A DNA stretch of 64,000 bases, taken from an uncultured Candidatus Saccharibacteria bacterium. GTDB lineage: Bacteria; Patescibacteriota; Minisyncoccia; Phycocordibacterales; DATGWK01. The stretch lies in NCBI GenBank assembly GCA_964356815.1, contig CAYHIR010000002.1:7418-71417 (forward strand). The letters run 5' to 3'. The stretch's first letter is position 1; each line of letters starts with the position of its first letter. The notes under the pieces were generated by a model. It was not told the origin of the DNA. It saw nothing but the letters and a program-made list of their open reading frames with translations, and did not search any database. Made by a program: the position numbers and the translations under genes. Shown in pieces: positions 61,247-64,000 of the stretch.

Positions 61247-61275
61247 TTGACAGAATATACATAGTATGATATGAT
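61247..61275 (+). promoter_or_regulatory. Sigma70-type promoter of the microprotein cassette
   Basis: TTGACA-N17-TATGAT with extended TG. Confidence 0.75.
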
Positions 61276-61356
61276 TAAAGCAGAAGAAGTTTGGTTTGTC
61301 TAGCACAGCGTTTGTGCAAGACACTCCGAACAAGGCTCCACAGAAGGAGTTTGTCC

Positions 61357-61467
61357 ATGTATTACGACTCATTCACCGGCCTCTACTTCAACCCCACCAC
61401 CGGAATGGTCTTCACCGCCGCCGAGATCATCGGCTTCGCCTCGGGCGACGGCGAGTGGGGCAGGTAA
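61357..61467 (+). CDS. 36-aa microprotein (not in ORF track)
   Basis: AGAAGGAG SD 7 nt before ATG; MYYDSFTGLYFNPTTGMVFTAAEIIGFASGDGEWGR; strong C-ending codon bias; terminator AGACCACGC/GCGTGGTCT plus T tract. Confidence 0.75.
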   Translation: MYYDSFTGLYFNPTTGMVFTAAEIIGFASGDGEWGR

Positions 61468-61582
61468 GCCCAACCGCCCGACAACATGGGGAAGAAGAGA
61501 TTAGACCACGCTACTTTGTACGGCGTGGTCTTCTTTTTGCCAATTTTTGTAAAATCGCGGTGGCTGGTGTATATTTTAAGCC

Positions 61583-62734
61583 ATGAAAAGAACGCAATAT
61601 AATGTCTCACTCGACGAGCAGACGCAGATTCTAAAGACACTAGACGACCGAGCAGACACTCAAGCTGAGCGACTCAAGCGTTACATTGCTCTCCCCGACC
61701 TCACTCGCACTGAGGGTGGGCCACTGAAAGTCATTACCGACACAATCATCAGTCTGCCGAGCTTAAAAGATTTCGATATTATTGAGACACCAGAAGTTAT
61801 TTCCCCATCTATCGTCTTCGACCTTTTTAATTTTCCCAAAGATCATCCCGCTCGCACCCAGAGCGACACATATTATGTAGACGACACGCACATTCTCCGC
61901 CCGCACACGAGTCTCATGTGGAAATATTACCTTGAGATTCCAGAGGTTTTGGAAAAACTCGAAAAAGACGGCCAAGTGGGCGCGCTATGCTACGGCACTG
62001 TATATCGTCGTGACGAAATAGATTGGCAACACACAAACGTCCTTCATCACATCGACGGTCTTTATCTTTGCAAAAAATCGGTGAAAGAACTCGGTCAGCC
62101 AGACCTCGAAAACATTCTATGGGAAGTGGCACGACAAATTTTCGGCAAAGATGTAAAAGCAGAGTTTCGTGTAGATCATTTCCCTTACACCGATCCGAGT
62201 CTCGAAATGAATATTGCTTGGGGTGAAAAATGGATTGAAATTTTGGGCGCAGGTATCGTCCATCCGGCGGTTATAAAAAATCTCGGCCTCGACCCAGAAA
62301 TTTACAATGGCTGGGCATTCGGTTTTGGTGTCGATCGTCTTGCAATGATCAAAATGCAAATTCCCGACATTCGCCTCCTCCGATCTGAAGATGAGCGCGT
62401 AAAAAAACAACTCGCCGACATAAATCACAAATATCAAGCGGTGAGCAAATATCCGTCAGTGGTGCGCGATATTTCTTTCGTTGTAGACAAAGCTTCATTC
62501 AACGAATTCCGTTATTACGAAATCGTTCGCGAAATTGGCGACGATCTTATTGAAGAAGTTAAACTGCTCGACAAATACGAAAGCGAGAGCAAATTCGGCG
62601 CCGGAAAAATTAGTTACACATTCCGAATCACCTATCGCGACCTAGACCGCACACTCACAAGCGAAGAAGTTGATGTTGTACACAAAAATATCGAGAACAA
62701 AACCACTGAGGAATTTGGCGCGATGATCAGATAA
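61583..62734 (+). CDS. pheS: Single-chain (organellar-type) phenylalanine--tRNA ligase: alpha catalytic domain plus FDX-ACB domain
   Basis: DHPAR..DTYY, LRPHTS, YRRDEID, FPYTDPS, GWAFGFGVDRLAM, then SKYPSVVRDISF...YR..DRTLT.EEV. Confidence 0.88.
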   Translation: MKRTQYNVSLDEQTQILKTLDDRADTQAERLKRYIALPDLTRTEGGPLKVITDTIISLPSLKDFDIIETPEVISPSIVFDLFNFPKDHPARTQSDTYYVDDTHILRPHTSLMWKYYLEIPEVLEKLEKDGQVGALCYGTVYRRDEIDWQHTNVLHHIDGLYLCKKSVKELGQPDLENILWEVARQIFGKDVKAEFRVDHFPYTDPSLEMNIAWGEKWIEILGAGIVHPAVIKNLGLDPEIYNGWAFGFGVDRLAMIKMQIPDIRLLRSEDERVKKQLADINHKYQAVSKYPSVVRDISFVVDKASFNEFRYYEIVREIGDDLIEEVKLLDKYESESKFGAGKISYTFRITYRDLDRTLTSEEVDVVHKNIENKTTEEFGAMIR

Positions 62735-62774
62735 AATTGCCACGGTCGATGACGCGACGTGCTTAGTAAGCTAC

Positions 62775-63563
62775 CTAGAGCTCCGTCGTGGCAATATAGG
62801 CTCCGTCTTTTACATATACGAAACCACCACTAATTCTAAAGTCTGGGTTTTGGCCGCGAAAAATGGGGTAAATATTTTGGTAGGCAGAAGTGTCGAGCTC
62901 GAGAGCGTAAATGCCGTTGTCGAAAGAAATCAACACTGCGTCTTCCCTGCCGGGGAAAAAGTCGAGGGTGTCGATTTTAGAATTGGCTGTCCAGATATTT
63001 ATGTTTTTTTGGCAAACTGCTCGCTCTTCGCAGAAATAGTATGGTGCAGTGCTCGTAGCCTCGAGCCACTCAGCACGAATGCTCGGACCAGATGCAGAGA
63101 CTCGTATATCACCGCCCACTTTTAAGGCAGGTGTAGATGTGGCAAAAAGTTTGGCCGCGATCAAATAATCGGAAGAATTTTTTAAAACTTCTTCAAACTG
63201 CATAATTTTTGGCACAAGGAGTGGAAACCGAGCGGCCACTTCTCCCTTTTTTACATCCACAAACTTTGCCCATGGCCAAAAATTTTCGTGGGAAACTAAG
63301 AGCAAATAATTTTTAGCCTCCAAATTTTTTACCAAAACTTCTTTTTCAAAACGGCTCGTAGTGGCACGCAAATCGTCACCGATAAAAATCTGCGCTCCAA
63401 TCTCCGGTACATACACATACACACCACCACGGCGCGTGAGATTGAACGCATCGTCGAGCGAGTAGCCAGTGGCGTAAAGCAAAAGTGTGGGAATGGCAAC
63501 GATAAAAATAAAAGCAAAAAACAGAAAATAGGCTATTCGAACTTTTTTTGGCATCGCTCCCAT
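62775..63563 (-). CDS. Membrane-anchored PEGA-like domain protein
   Basis: N-terminal TM plus YATGY...GGVYV..P.GAQIFI pattern. Confidence 0.65.
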   Translation of the reverse strand: MGAMPKKVRIAYFLFFAFIFIVAIPTLLLYATGYSLDDAFNLTRRGGVYVYVPEIGAQIFIGDDLRATTSRFEKEVLVKNLEAKNYLLLVSHENFWPWAKFVDVKKGEVAARFPLLVPKIMQFEEVLKNSSDYLIAAKLFATSTPALKVGGDIRVSASGPSIRAEWLEATSTAPYYFCEERAVCQKNINIWTANSKIDTLDFFPGREDAVLISFDNGIYALELDTSAYQNIYPIFRGQNPDFRISGGFVYVKDGAYIATTEL

Positions 63564-63587
63564 GTGTTTTTTATGAGATTAAGTATA

Positions 63588-64000
63588 TCAAGATTTGAGC
63601 TTCTGATGTTTCGGCGTAACCCAAAAGCCCATATAGCGACCAAACATTAGCCGTGTCTGAGATTCAAGGCCAGGAATAGAACCGAAGACGGTGATGGTGA
63701 TCGGAATCAAAATCCACTGCAGAATCATAATGAGGAAATTGCCACGACTTTTCCCGACTGGTCGTTTTGGGATGAGGCTAAAAGAAATAATGGCTGAAAT
63801 AATGAGGCCAGACATTGCGGCAATCATCAGACTGCGGGTGAAAATTGGCAGATTGTAGGAAAGAATTGTCGTGTTGAACTTCGCACCGCCGAGCCAGAGA
63901 GGTAGCCAACCGAGCATGAAAATGATTATCGGATTGGTGGCCAAAGACCAGTAACCCTCGAGCTGAATAAGGGCCACTTTTATTCTCTGCCAGAGCGGAA
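63588..64000 (-). CDS. C-terminal membrane part of a probable GT2-like glycosyltransferase (truncated at window end)
   Basis: TM helices, QW...P...FGSIP..SQTRLM.G.Y..FWVTPK ending. Confidence 0.55.
   Translation of the reverse strand, partial: PLWQRIKVALIQLEGYWSLATNPIIIFMLGWLPLWLGGAKFNTTILSYNLPIFTRSLMIAAMSGLIISAIISFSLIPKRPVGKSRGNFLIMILQWILIPITITVFGSIPGLESQTRLMFGRYMGFWVTPKHQKLKS

Noticed and set aside
61296-61586. 96-aa plus-strand ORF from the ORF track
   Set aside because: TTG start without SD and crosses a terminator; the 36-aa frame has the SD and codon bias.

Overview
Core-genome stretch of a small-genome bacterium, most likely Patescibacteria/CPR (Parcubacteria-like). This is inferred from gene content and style; standard stop codons are used. 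It is dominated by information-processing genes (murA end, priA, def, fmt, hisS, rpoB-rpoC-dnaG-rpoD, rpsP-khpA-trmD, rnr, smc, rnc, nusB, rpmF, rnhB, dnaE, thrS, gyrB, a single-chain PheRS), plus a type IV pilus/T2SS-like cluster and an amino-acid ABC transporter. No CRISPR array, transposase, integrase or rRNA was seen. The notable signals are: (1) a tRNA-Asn(GUU) split inside the anticodon by a 233-nt group I intron; (2) three dispersed Y-shaped palindromic elements, two of which share a 70-nt core (69/70 identical) wrapped in different but fully compensating outer arms; (3) about a dozen single-gene orphan 'cassettes' (TTGAC-N16/17 promoter, strong SD, terminator) among core genes that instead look leaderless; (4) two promoter-and-terminator-bounded structured RNA candidates; and (5) several odd proteins (mitochondrial-type PheRS, NusB-NUDIX fusion, short SMC without an evident hinge, a desaturase, Csx3-like, DGR-target-like and OCRE-like orphans). 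All family assignments come from motif recognition by eye, not database searches.
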